Origin: an uncultured Candidatus Saccharibacteria bacterium
Lineage (GTDB): Bacteria > Patescibacteriota > Minisyncoccia > Phycocordibacterales > WO2-35-19
DNA: 64,000 nucleotides
Direction of reading: 5' to 3'
Assembly: GCA_964519145.1 (NCBI GenBank)
Contig: CAZFHL010000001.1
Coordinates: forward strand, 682-64,681
A program made the translations under genes and the position numbers. Below are positions 39,883-48,659 of the stretch, one piece after another. How positions within the stretch are numbered: the first letter of the stretch is position 1; each line of letters opens with the position of its first letter. The notes under the pieces were generated by a model. The model was given only the letters and a program-made list of their open reading frames with translations, had not been told where the DNA came from and did not search any database.

Positions 39883-39885
39883 CTA

Positions 39886-41145
39886 CTATTTTTTTATATT
39901 ACTGCCAGCTACAAATCCTGTAGTCCAACAAAGTTGTAAACTATAACCTCCAGATGGGCGATCTATATTTAAAATATCTCCAACTAAATAAAGGTTTGAA
40001 AATAATTTTGATTGCATAGTTTTAAAATCTACTTCATCTAAAGAAACGCCACCATTTGAAACTATGGCTTTGTCCACATCAAGTAATTTATCTACCTCTA
40101 TTGGTATGTTTTTGATGCAATTGACTAACTTTATCCTATCTTCTCTCTTTAAACTATTACATTTTGTTTCGCTATCTATTTTTATAATTTGGGTTATTGG
40201 TATAATCAAAGCTTTTGGAATTATCTCTGAAAGGGCATTTTTTATTTTTTTATTATTATTTTTTATACATAGTTCTTGTATTTTTAGATTCAATTTTCCT
40301 AAGTCCTCATTTGGTAAAAGATCTAAGTGTACAAAAACATCCCCATATTTTAAAAGTTCTCCTATGTCTTTACTCATATTTAGTATGGTAGGTCCTGTCA
40401 ATCCAAAATGAGTAAACAATATTTTTCCTCTTATAGAATTTTGTTTTTGATTGTTTTGGAATAAGCTTATCTTTACATCATCTATTTTGACTCCTGAAAT
40501 TTTTTTAGACCAACTGTCTTTTGTAGCTATCGGTACAAGAGATGGTGTAGGTTTTATAACATTATGACCAATTTTTGATAACCAAATAAATCCATCTCCA
40601 GTTGAGCCTGTTTCCGGACGGCTTATGCCTCCGGTGGCAACAACAATATTTTTAGCTTTTAAAATTTTATTATTTGCCAATTTTACACCAATTATTTTTT
40701 TATTTTCTAAAACTAAATCTATAACTTTTGAATTAGAGAGTACTTTAACATTTGTTTCTTTTAAATAATTTAAAAGAGTGTTGTATACATCTTTGGCCTT
40801 TTCAGAAATAGGGAATGTCCGGAGTTCATTTTCAACTTTTGTTTCAAGACCTCTTTTATGAAAAAATTCTAAAGTTTCTTTTACACTATATTTAGCGAAT
40901 GTAGAAAAAAGATATTTTCCATCATTTTTAAATTTCGCCAAAAGCTTTCTATTATCAAATTCTGAATTTGTGATATTGCATCTACCGCCTCCTGTGATCA
41001 AAAGTTTTTTGCCTAATTGTTCATTTTTTTCTAGTAATAGTACTTTGAGACCATTTAAACTTGCTGTACCAGCAGTCATCATACCAGCAGGGCCACCACC
41101 TATCACCAAACAGTCATATGTTGCTGTATTCTCTAGTTCCTTCAT
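39886..41145 (-). CDS. HI0933/BaiN-family FAD-dependent oxidoreductase
   Basis: N-terminal dinucleotide-binding motif DCLVIGGGPAGMMTAG. Length and C-terminal GGYSLQ region are typical of the family. Confidence 0.75.
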   Translation of the reverse strand: MKELENTATYDCLVIGGGPAGMMTAGTASLNGLKVLLLEKNEQLGKKLLITGGGRCNITNSEFDNRKLLAKFKNDGKYLFSTFAKYSVKETLEFFHKRGLETKVENELRTFPISEKAKDVYNTLLNYLKETNVKVLSNSKVIDLVLENKKIIGVKLANNKILKAKNIVVATGGISRPETGSTGDGFIWLSKIGHNVIKPTPSLVPIATKDSWSKKISGVKIDDVKISLFQNNQKQNSIRGKILFTHFGLTGPTILNMSKDIGELLKYGDVFVHLDLLPNEDLGKLNLKIQELCIKNNNKKIKNALSEIIPKALIIPITQIIKIDSETKCNSLKREDRIKLVNCIKNIPIEVDKLLDVDKAIVSNGGVSLDEVDFKTMQSKLFSNLYLVGDILNIDRPSGGYSLQLCWTTGFVAGSNIKK

Positions 41146-41359
41146 TTGTCTATATTATCATAAAATAAATATAGAATAGATTTATCTAAATTTTCAAAAA
41201 TTTGACAAAAAATGTGATATTTGATATACTACAAACATAACTTAATCTCGTGGTTTCTTTTCGAGCGATTCTCTTAAAGCTATTTTAAAAAACTCTGGGA
41301 CATACTGGTAAAACTTATTATAAAAACCAGAGGTTATGGAGCTTTTGCTCTAAAATATT

Positions 41360-42622
41360 ATGTATAAAAAATTTGGAAATGGGCATAAACCCAGAAATAA
41401 TTTTGATGGAAATAAAAATCATACTCAAAAAGTAGGTTCTTTTTCTCGTTTCGGTGGAGGTGGAAATAGGTTTAGAGGCAATATAAGAGGTAATGCAAGA
41501 AAAAATAATGGAGAAAAAATACATTTTTCAAAATTTATAAATAAAGCAGTTGATCTGGAAGTGGAAGAAAAATTTGTACCAGTTCATACTTTTGCTGATT
41601 TTAATATAGACAATAATTTAAAAAACTCAATTTTATCTAAAGGATACAAAAATCCTACACCGATACAAGATAAAGCTATAAACGAAGTTTTGGCAGGTAG
41701 AGATGTTTTGGGTATTGCAAATACAGGAACTGGTAAAACAGGAGCATTTTTGATACCTCTTATTGATAAGGTTTTGAAAAATAATAAAGAAAAAATATTG
41801 ATAATGGTTCCAACTAGAGAATTGGCTATTCAAGTAAATGATGAGTTAAAAGCTTTTACAAAAAATATGCAAATATTTTCTGTTTGTACTGTAGGAGGAA
41901 TGAGTATTCATAAGCAAATATCTGATTTAAAATACAGACACAATTTTGTTATTGGTACTCCTGGGAGATTAAAAGATTTGGTTGAAAGGAAAAAAGTTTT
42001 TCTTTCAGAATTCAATACCGTTGTGCTTGATGAAGCAGATAGAATGCTTGATATGGGCTTTATAAATGATATGCGTACGGTTATGGGCGGTATGCCAAAG
42101 ATAAAGCAAACACTATTCTTTTCAGCTACACTTTCTCCTGCTATAGAAAAATTGATAGGCGAGTTTTTAAACAATCCTGTCAAAATATCTGTAAAAACAA
42201 GAGATACATCAAAAAATGTTGATCAAGATGTGGTAAGGATAAAGCAAGGAGAAAATAAAGTAGATGTTTTATGCAGTATTTTACTGCAAAAAGAGCTAAA
42301 CAAAGTTTTGGTTTTTGGTAGGACAAAACATGGCGTAGAAAAAGTTTTCAAAATTTTAATTCAAAAAGGTTTGAAAGCAGAATCTATACACGGAAACAAA
42401 AATCATACACAAAGACAAAGAGCATTAATAAGGTTTAAACAAAATCAAATTCAAATACTTGTGGCTACAGATGTAGCTGCGAGAGGTCTTGACATTGATG
42501 ATGTGAGTCATGTTATCAATTTTGATATACCAGAAACTTATGCAGATTATGTCCATAGAATTGGTAGAACAGGCAGAGCAGGAAAAACAGGCAAAGCTCT
42601 AACTTTCATAGAGGAGAGGTAA
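41360..42622 (+). CDS. DEAD-box ATP-dependent RNA helicase with N-terminal RGG-like tract
   Basis: Q motif. AxTGTGKT. PTRELA. DEAD (VLDEADRM). SAT. HRIGRTGR motifs. Confidence 0.9.
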   Translation: MYKKFGNGHKPRNNFDGNKNHTQKVGSFSRFGGGGNRFRGNIRGNARKNNGEKIHFSKFINKAVDLEVEEKFVPVHTFADFNIDNNLKNSILSKGYKNPTPIQDKAINEVLAGRDVLGIANTGTGKTGAFLIPLIDKVLKNNKEKILIMVPTRELAIQVNDELKAFTKNMQIFSVCTVGGMSIHKQISDLKYRHNFVIGTPGRLKDLVERKKVFLSEFNTVVLDEADRMLDMGFINDMRTVMGGMPKIKQTLFFSATLSPAIEKLIGEFLNNPVKISVKTRDTSKNVDQDVVRIKQGENKVDVLCSILLQKELNKVLVFGRTKHGVEKVFKILIQKGLKAESIHGNKNHTQRQRALIRFKQNQIQILVATDVAARGLDIDDVSHVINFDIPETYADYVHRIGRTGRAGKTGKALTFIEER

Positions 42623-42635
42623 TATTATATTATAT

Positions 42636-42762
42636 CTCTTTCAAAACTCGTCGAAATCATACCTTTTTGAAGCCTAGCGAGCATAACTCTCGCGAGCTCG
42701 AGGAATTTTTTAGCAAAAAAATATCCGTGGTTCAAAAAGGTGTGATGAGAAAGAGTTTTGAA
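42636..42762 (-). repeat. interspersed structured repeat, copy C (reverse orientation)
   Basis: Core gcctagcgagcataactctcgcgagctcgaggaattttttagcaaaaaaatatccgtgg. Arms ctctttcaaaactcgtcgaaatcatacctttttgaa/ttcaaaaaggtgtgatgagaaagagttttgaa. Confidence 0.7.
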
Positions 42763-42829
42763 ATTTTAAGATGAGAAACACTCTTAGATTTAAATTGCTT
42801 TTAGGTTTTGTATTTATTATTATTGGTAT

Positions 42830-44605
42830 ATGCAAGACTCAAAAAATAATATAGGAGTATTTAGTGTATTTAAAGTTTTTTGGAAATCCATTAAACCTCA
42901 AAAATTTAGTTTCTTTTTCAATATTTTTGCTTTTTCCTTTGTTTCAATCATTGGACTTATGAATCCAATTTATTATAAAAAGTTTTTTGATTTATTAGGA
43001 GATGATATAAATAAAAATCAAACCAATCTTTTGATAGATGTCTTGTTAGTAATTTTATTTATAAATTTAATATCTTGGATTATTAGAAGAGTGGCAAATT
43101 TATCTATAAATGATTTTGAATCAAAGACAATCGCCAGAATCAAACAAAATTCTTTTGATTATATGATAAGTCATTCACATTCTTTTTTCGTAGACAATTT
43201 TGCAGGTTCTCTTGTCCAAAAAGTCGGAAGATTTGCAAAGTCTTTCGAAAAATTATACGACACAATCACCTTTAGCGTACTACCATTATTAATTAGTGTC
43301 GGGGTCTCTATTTATGTAGTTTACAGGGAAGAGCCTTTCATAGCTTATATAATAGCTATATGGTCTATTTTTGTGATGACATTTAGCTATTTATTTTCTA
43401 TATGGAAATTGAAATATGATTTAGCTGTTGCAGAATCCGATTCTAAAACCACGGGTGTGCTTTCAGATATTATAACCAATCATAACAATGTTGATTTGTT
43501 TGGTAATAAAGATTTTGAATCAAAAAAATTTAAAGAAGTTTTAAATGAACAAGCAAAAGTCACTAAATTCAATTGGAACATAATGAGTATTTTTGACGGT
43601 GTTCAAGGATTTATGATTGTATTGATAGAATTTTTTGTATTTTTTTATGCTGTTAAATTTTGGAAAGACAATATGATTACTTTAGGAACTTTCGTCTTGA
43701 TTCAGGTTTATGTGGTTGGATTAAGTCATAGGTTATGGGATATAGGACATATTGTTAGAAATATTTATGAGAGTTTTGCAGATTCTAAAGAAATGGTAAA
43801 TATACTTAGTACACCACATAATATAAAAGATAAAATAAATGCTAAAGATATTTCAATCAAAAATGGCTTTATTAATTTTGAAAAAGTTTCTTTTGGTTTT
43901 AATAAAGAAAATTTAATAATAGATGATTTTAATTTGAATATAGAAGCAAGACAAAAAATTGCTTTGATAGGCCCTTCTGGAGCAGGCAAATCCACAATAA
44001 TAAAACTCATTATTCGATTATACGATTCATTGTCCGGGGATATATTTATAGATAATCAAAATATAGAAGAAGTGAGTCAGGTTAGTTTAAGAAAAAATAT
44101 AAGTTTAGTTCCGCAAGACCCTATTTTATTTCACAGAAGTTTATTTGAAAATATAAAATATGGAAGAATTGATGCTACAGATGAAGAAGTTTTTGAAGCC
44201 TCTCGGCTTGCACATTGTGATGAATTTATTTTAAATTTGAAAGACAAATATGACACAATGGTGGGTGAAAGAGGGGTGAAATTGTCTGGAGGAGAGAGAC
44301 AAAGAATTGCAATTGCAAGAGCTATATTAAAAAATGCACCTATACTTATTTTAGATGAAGCTACTTCAAGTTTAGATTCTCATTCTGAAAGTTTGATCCA
44401 AGATGCTTTAAATAAATTGATGGAAAATAAGACGGTTATAGTTATAGCGCATAGACTTTCAACAATAATAAAAATGGATAGGATTTTGGTTTTAAAGAAA
44501 GGTAAAATAATAGAAGATGGAGATCATAAAAGTTTGCTTGAAAAACCAAGAGGTTTATATAAAAAATTGTGGAATTTACAAGCCGGGGGTTTTTTGAAGG
44601 TTTGA
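42830..44605 (+). CDS. ABC exporter, fused permease/ATPase (MsbA-like)
   Basis: Six transmembrane helices followed by NBD. Walker A GPSGAGKST. Signature LSGGERQR. Walker B ILILDEATS. Confidence 0.85.
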   Translation: MQDSKNNIGVFSVFKVFWKSIKPQKFSFFFNIFAFSFVSIIGLMNPIYYKKFFDLLGDDINKNQTNLLIDVLLVILFINLISWIIRRVANLSINDFESKTIARIKQNSFDYMISHSHSFFVDNFAGSLVQKVGRFAKSFEKLYDTITFSVLPLLISVGVSIYVVYREEPFIAYIIAIWSIFVMTFSYLFSIWKLKYDLAVAESDSKTTGVLSDIITNHNNVDLFGNKDFESKKFKEVLNEQAKVTKFNWNIMSIFDGVQGFMIVLIEFFVFFYAVKFWKDNMITLGTFVLIQVYVVGLSHRLWDIGHIVRNIYESFADSKEMVNILSTPHNIKDKINAKDISIKNGFINFEKVSFGFNKENLIIDDFNLNIEARQKIALIGPSGAGKSTIIKLIIRLYDSLSGDIFIDNQNIEEVSQVSLRKNISLVPQDPILFHRSLFENIKYGRIDATDEEVFEASRLAHCDEFILNLKDKYDTMVGERGVKLSGGERQRIAIARAILKNAPILILDEATSSLDSHSESLIQDALNKLMENKTVIVIAHRLSTIIKMDRILVLKKGKIIEDGDHKSLLEKPRGLYKKLWNLQAGGFLKV

Positions 44606-44617
44606 TAGCTGTTTAAA

Positions 44618-44746
44618 TTTCAAAACTCTTTCTCATCATACCTTTTTGAACCACGGATATTTTTTTGCTAAAAAATTCCTGCGAAGCTGCGCCAGTCGCG
44701 CTCGCTAGGCTTCAAAAAGGTATGATTTCGAGGAGTTTTGAAAAGA
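44618..44746 (+). repeat. interspersed structured repeat, copy D
   Basis: tttcaaaactctttctcatcatacctttttgaa-CCACGGATATTTTTTTGCTAAAAAATTCCTgcgaagctgcgccagtcgCGCTCGCTAGGC-ttcaaaaaggtatgatttcgaggagttttgaa. Confidence 0.7.
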
Positions 44747-44797
44747 GCTAATTGACTCTATTTGAAAAAAGTATGGTTTTGATGTATTTTTTATATT

Positions 44798-45679
44798 ATG
44801 AAAAATTTAAATAAAAAGGAGGTAAATTATAAGGTTATATTATTTTATAAATTTGCATATATAAAAAGCCCAATCAAATTGATGAATGAGCAAAAGGTGT
44901 TGTGCCAAAAACTTGGTTTAAAGGGTAGGATGCTCATAGCAACAGAGGGTATAAATGGCACATTTGAGGGTACTATAAAATCTATAAATAAATATAAAAA
45001 AGCTATGCATCAGAGTAAGCTTTTTTCTGATATTTTATTTAAAGAAAGTAAAGGGAATGGTAGAGCCTTTACTAAACTAAAAATTAAAGTAAGGGACGAG
45101 GTGGTTACTCTCGAAGGAGGCAAATTTAATGTAAAAAGAGAAACAGCTAAAACTATCACAGCAAGTGAATTAGAGAAGATGTATAGAAAGAATGAAGATT
45201 TTGTTGTTCTTGATTTAAGGAATAATTATGAAATCGATGTTGGTTATTTTGATAAAACATATAATCCAAATTTAGATAATTTTAGAGATTTGCCAGATAA
45301 GTTGAAAGATTTGAATGAGTTAAAAAATAAAAAAGTTGTTTCTGTTTGCACAGGCGGTATTCGTTGTGAAAAAGCTACTTGTCTTTTAAAAAAGAGTGGT
45401 TTTAAAAATTTATATCAATTAAAAGACGGTATTCATACATATATGGTCAAGTACCCAAATTCGCACTTTAAAGGTTCTCTTTTTGTATTTGATAATAGGA
45501 TGGTTACGACAGTGGTTGATTTGCCAAAAAGAGAAATAGTTGGAAGGTGTGTCTATTGTAATAAAAAAACAGAGCAATTTTATAACAATGATACTGTAAG
45601 TCCTTCAAAAAAGGTTATTTGTTGTCATCCTTGCGCAAAAAAACATTCAAATGAATTGAGAAAGTGTTTATCGGTTTAA
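44798..45679 (+). CDS. trhO: rhodanese-domain protein, UPF0176/YceA family (tRNA U34 hydroxylase TrhO-like) with C-terminal Cys cluster
   Basis: N-terminal YKVILFYKF...ATEGINGT. Rhodanese active-site Cys in CTGGIRCEKA. C-terminal CVYC...CCHPC. Confidence 0.75.
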   Translation: MKNLNKKEVNYKVILFYKFAYIKSPIKLMNEQKVLCQKLGLKGRMLIATEGINGTFEGTIKSINKYKKAMHQSKLFSDILFKESKGNGRAFTKLKIKVRDEVVTLEGGKFNVKRETAKTITASELEKMYRKNEDFVVLDLRNNYEIDVGYFDKTYNPNLDNFRDLPDKLKDLNELKNKKVVSVCTGGIRCEKATCLLKKSGFKNLYQLKDGIHTYMVKYPNSHFKGSLFVFDNRMVTTVVDLPKREIVGRCVYCNKKTEQFYNNDTVSPSKKVICCHPCAKKHSNELRKCLSV

Positions 45680-45691
45680 TATTGGAATTCT

Positions 45692-45825
45692 GCAAACCGT
45701 CTTTCTGGTATTAGTATTTCTGTGCACGGATATTTTTCTGGTGAAAAATTCCTCGTGCTCGCTCCGTCGAGACTCGCAAGGCACAGAAATACTAATACCA
45801 GAAAGACGGTTTGTAATAAATCTGA
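45692..45825 (+). repeat. interspersed structured repeat, subtype 2, copy E (perfect 30-bp inverted-repeat arms)
   Basis: aaaccgtctttctggtattagtatttctgtgc-ACGGATATTTTTctggtgAAAAATTCCTCGTGCTCGCTCCGTCGAGACTCGCAAGGCAC-agaaatactaataccagaaagacggttt. Confidence 0.7.
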
Positions 45826-45868
45826 TATAAAAAATTAGTCTATATTTGTTGATTTTTTTAAATCATTT

Positions 45869-46777
45869 TTGTATGATGCTATAAGAATTGAAAGGAGTTT
45901 TATGCTTGTAAAGCCAAAAAATCCCTATAGAGAAGTTTGGAATAAAGATGAATTGTCATCTTTGCTCGGGTCTGTTCGTAGGAGAGTTTTGCCAAAAGAT
46001 ATTAGTATTGAAGGTAGAACTTCTGGTGCTATAATCCATAAAATTGCTGAATTGCGAAATGAAGGTGTGATAAAAGTAAAATTCGTAAGAGTCTGGACAA
46101 AAGAAGAAGATGAATCTCTTATTGCTCAAGTTGAAGCTGGTAAAAATTTGGATCAAATCAAAATAAAAGGTAGAGAATCTTCTGCAATATATGCAAGAAT
46201 AAAAAGATTGAAAAAGGATAATCCAAATATTTCTTTAAAACGAAGGTTAAGTGGTGTTCAAATTCAAGCAAGAAACAGAAGAGAAGAGATTAAAAAAAGA
46301 TCATTAGAAAAGGCAAGATTTATGAAAAGACTAAAATCTTTTTTGAAATGTAAGGGTAAATATTGGCCAGCCACTCTTGTTTCCAGGAAACTTCATTGTA
46401 ATGAAGATAGAGTCTCTCGTTTACGGAAAACATTAGGTTTGAAGATTGTTCATCAAGAGGCCATGAAGAAGAGCAAAGTTTATAGGGATCATTATCAATC
46501 TATTTTGGCTAAAAAAAGATCTTTAAAAGAGAAAAGAGAAATGGATGCTAGATTGGCTTTAGCAGAAGAAGAGAGAAAAAAGCAAAAAATTCAAAAAGAA
46601 AAATCAGATGATTTGGAGAGAGTTTTTAGGAATTTCACTAGTCAGAGGTGTACCTATTCACTTAAAAAGTGTTCTAGGTGCTCTAAGTATTGGTATAATT
46701 GCGTTAATTTTTTTGCTGTAAAGACGGATCCTGTTTATGGCAAACAATTGACTGATGTTTGCAGGGCATGCATTTAA
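45869..46777 (+). CDS. hypothetical highly basic protein with C-terminal Cys cluster
   Basis: 302 aa, Lys/Arg-rich. C-terminal CxxCxKYWYNC...CRAC. SD aaaggagttttATG. No homology recognised. Confidence 0.45.
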   Translation: MYDAIRIERSFMLVKPKNPYREVWNKDELSSLLGSVRRRVLPKDISIEGRTSGAIIHKIAELRNEGVIKVKFVRVWTKEEDESLIAQVEAGKNLDQIKIKGRESSAIYARIKRLKKDNPNISLKRRLSGVQIQARNRREEIKKRSLEKARFMKRLKSFLKCKGKYWPATLVSRKLHCNEDRVSRLRKTLGLKIVHQEAMKKSKVYRDHYQSILAKKRSLKEKREMDARLALAEEERKKQKIQKEKSDDLERVFRNFTSQRCTYSLKKCSRCSKYWYNCVNFFAVKTDPVYGKQLTDVCRACI

Positions 46778-46811
46778 GATTTTTAAAATAAATAAATATT
46801 AAGATTTTTTA

Positions 46812-46840
46812 AAAAAGACCAATTAAACAATTGGTCTTTT
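46812..46840 (+). terminator. Rho-independent terminator
   Basis: aaaagaccaatt-aaacaa-ttggtctttt. Confidence 0.7.
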
Positions 46841-46969
46841 AAAATATTAGGCTTTATGTTTGAAGATTTTTGAAAGAACCTTATTTAAATTTAATTAATT
46901 ACTAATACATTAATTTTAACTGCCATATTTCAAAGGTGAACGGGTGTTTTCGGAATCACGGACAAAAAC

Positions 46970-46999
46970 TTGACTTTTTAGACTATCGTATGTTATAAT
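46970..46999 (+). promoter_or_regulatory. sigma70 promoter with extended -10 (TTGACT-18 nt-TGtTATAAT) driving the DGR target gene
   Basis: TTGACT at 46970-46975. TGtTATAAT at 46991-46999. Lies 95-145 bp upstream of the candidate starts. Confidence 0.5.
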
Positions 47000-47143
47000 A
47001 TATAGTAGAAATTGGAAATAGTTTTTCAGGTGGTCATAGTTAAAAGTTACTTACAAATCAAAGAGTGATTCAAAGAAATTAAGTATTTTTTAGTTATGAC
47101 CACTACCAGAGGTGGAGGTCAAACAGAAAGGAGGCTGACGATG

Positions 47144-47770
47144 AATGACATCCTCAGCCAAGCTCTCGAGGGGTTCATCGGACCCCTTAGACAGCTCATG
47201 ATTAACCTGCTCGGCCCAAACGGGCCAGAGTGGGGAGAGGAACTGAAGAAGTTTCTCCGAAAGGAGCCGACATGGTCGGCTCCGAAAATCCTCCAATTTG
47301 TGTCAGAGGTGGTGGTCCCCGCCACCTCGCAGTTCGTTCGGAGGGAGAAGTTCGTCGTCGCCACCTCGGCCTCGGCCGAGGTGAAGATCAGCTGGATTGG
47401 AGGAAATTTCTCCAGCTGGTTCCTTGCCGGTGACGGCAAGGTCGAGGAGGTAGGTGGGGAGACCACCCTCCTCGCCCATCGGTTGACCGAGAGGTCAACC
47501 GATGGGCCGATCATCGCCGAGCTGGGTGGCGAGAAGGTGGCGGAGACCACCCTCGTCGAGATGTTCGCCCTGCTGAAAAAGCAGGGTCGGGGTCAGGAGG
47601 GTACCCTCCTGACCAACAGGTACGCGAATGTCTTCTACATTCGCGACCGTGCGAATGTTCTTCGCACAGTTGACTGCTACTGGCACGGCGTTGGCTGGGG
47701 TGTGGGTGCCTACGAGGTTTCCCGTCCGTACCCGTGGGGTGTGGGCTATCAGATCTTTTCCCGTAGGTAA
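47144..47770 (+). CDS. DGR target (variable) protein, GC-rich, C-terminal VR; fold unassigned
   Basis: SD gaaaggaggctgacgATG at 47144. The track ORF starts at 47096 without an SD. The C-terminal 35 aa are encoded by the VR. About 60% GC against about 30% for the genome. No signal peptide. Not a recognisable CLec RGGSW pattern. Confidence 0.6.
   Translation, partial: NDILSQALEGFIGPLRQLMINLLGPNGPEWGEELKKFLRKEPTWSAPKILQFVSEVVVPATSQFVRREKFVVATSASAEVKISWIGGNFSSWFLAGDGKVEEVGGETTLLAHRLTERSTDGPIIAELGGEKVAETTLVEMFALLKKQGRGQEGTLLTNRYANVFYIRDRANVLRTVDCYWHGVGWGVGAYEVSRPYPWGVGYQIFSRR
47661..47766 (+). repeat. DGR variable repeat (VR)
   Basis: 106 bp with 90 of 106 identical to the TR. 15 of 16 mismatches fall at TR adenines (VR positions 47672, 47678, 47684, 47691, 47699, 47700, 47705, 47706, 47711, 47729, 47738, 47739, 47747, 47764, 47766). 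One falls at a non-A position (47724 G vs T). Confidence 0.8.
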
Positions 47771-47852
47771 TTTGAGTCTTAGGTTCTGACCCTTTGACTC
47801 TTTGACCCCTTGATACTTTGCATTCGTGCACGGTCTCAGGGGGTCTTTTTTT
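47771..47852 (+). promoter_or_regulatory. GC-rich hairpin/terminator 3' of VR (putative DGR target-recognition element)
   Basis: gaccccttgatactttgcattcgtgcacggtctcagggggtc + T7. 6-bp GC stem with inner palindrome cgtgcacg. Preceded by a direct ctttgac x3 motif. Confidence 0.45.
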
Positions 47853-48115
47853 ATACTCCAAAAACACATATAATTATTTTGAAATTATGTGTTACAGAAA
47901 AGTTAAAATTTTAGTTTTTCTGTCATGGTTTTAAAATATTTATAATGAGAGTTGTGTTGGATAAATCTTATACAAGAGTGTTATAAATATTTTTCAAAAA
48001 AATTAAAAGTTGGTATATGAAACTAATGGACTTTTATGTCTAGGGTAAGATTCAATCTCTTATGATTTAAGGGGTGGTGGAATGGGTGGTTTTATATACG
48101 AAAAGGTTTGTTTTA

Positions 48116-48221
48116 TTCGCACAGTTAACTGCAACTGGAACGGCGATGGCTGGAATGTGAATGCCAACGAGGTTTCCCTTCCGAACCCGTGGAATGTGGG
48201 CAATCAGATCTTTTCCCGAAA
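48116..48221 (+). repeat. DGR template repeat (TR)
   Basis: Adenine-rich counterpart of the VR. AAC/AAT codons in TR correspond to D, Y, H, G and R codons in VR. Flanked by AT-rich sequence contiguous with avd and RT. Confidence 0.8.
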
Positions 48222-48224
48222 CTA

Positions 48225-48554
48225 TTATTTTTCTCCTGTATTTACAGGAGTTTTTTGTTTTAGATTTTCTTGAAGACCTTTTCTCCATCCACCTAACATT
48301 TTACCTATTTCATCTAAATCAAGGGAAACTTTTATATATTTTTCATTTGGTACAAGTTTGCTTTCCCATGCAAGTTGCATAAAGAATTTTAGATTATCTA
48401 GTTTTGATATTGTTTTAGATAAAAATAATATTTTTTGTTCAGATACTAGATAAACAGAAGCAAAAGTTAATTCTAAAACATCTAAGAAAGATTGTTCTAT
48501 TCTGTTTCCAATACCAAATCTTTCTATCTTTGGAAAATCTCTATGAATAATCAT
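48225..48554 (-). CDS. avd: Avd-like accessory variability determinant (four-helix-bundle, PF05635-like)
   Basis: 109-aa basic protein. C-terminal DEIGKMLGGWRKG matches the Bordetella phage bAvd motif EVGRILGSWIARVNRKG. Preceding L..L..F..LA helix also matches. Oriented opposite to TR and RT. Confidence 0.55.
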   Translation of the reverse strand: MIIHRDFPKIERFGIGNRIEQSFLDVLELTFASVYLVSEQKILFLSKTISKLDNLKFFMQLAWESKLVPNEKYIKVSLDLDEIGKMLGGWRKGLQENLKQKTPVNTGEK

Positions 48555-48659
48555 CCAGTTTTTGTAAACTTCTTTTTCTTTTGATAAAACTTTTGGTAAA
48601 GAGTTTGTCGGGGGGGGGTAAACTATTTGTCATATTTTATGTTCTAATTTTAAGTTATA

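Noticed and set aside
47119-47869. Three long minus-strand ORFs (47119..47550, 47495..47869, 47511..47867) and the + ORF 47230..47433 inside the DGR target region
   Set aside because: They lie entirely within the 60% GC island, where stop codons are rare on every strand. None has an SD. The + frame ending in the VR is the only one supported by the VR/TR relationship and a promoter/SD.
48161-48382. + strand ORF 48161..48382 and ORF 48082..48273 overlapping the TR
   Set aside because: The TR is a non-coding template. The frame through it is open only because it mirrors the VR codons. The avd-like minus-strand ORF explains the downstream region better.
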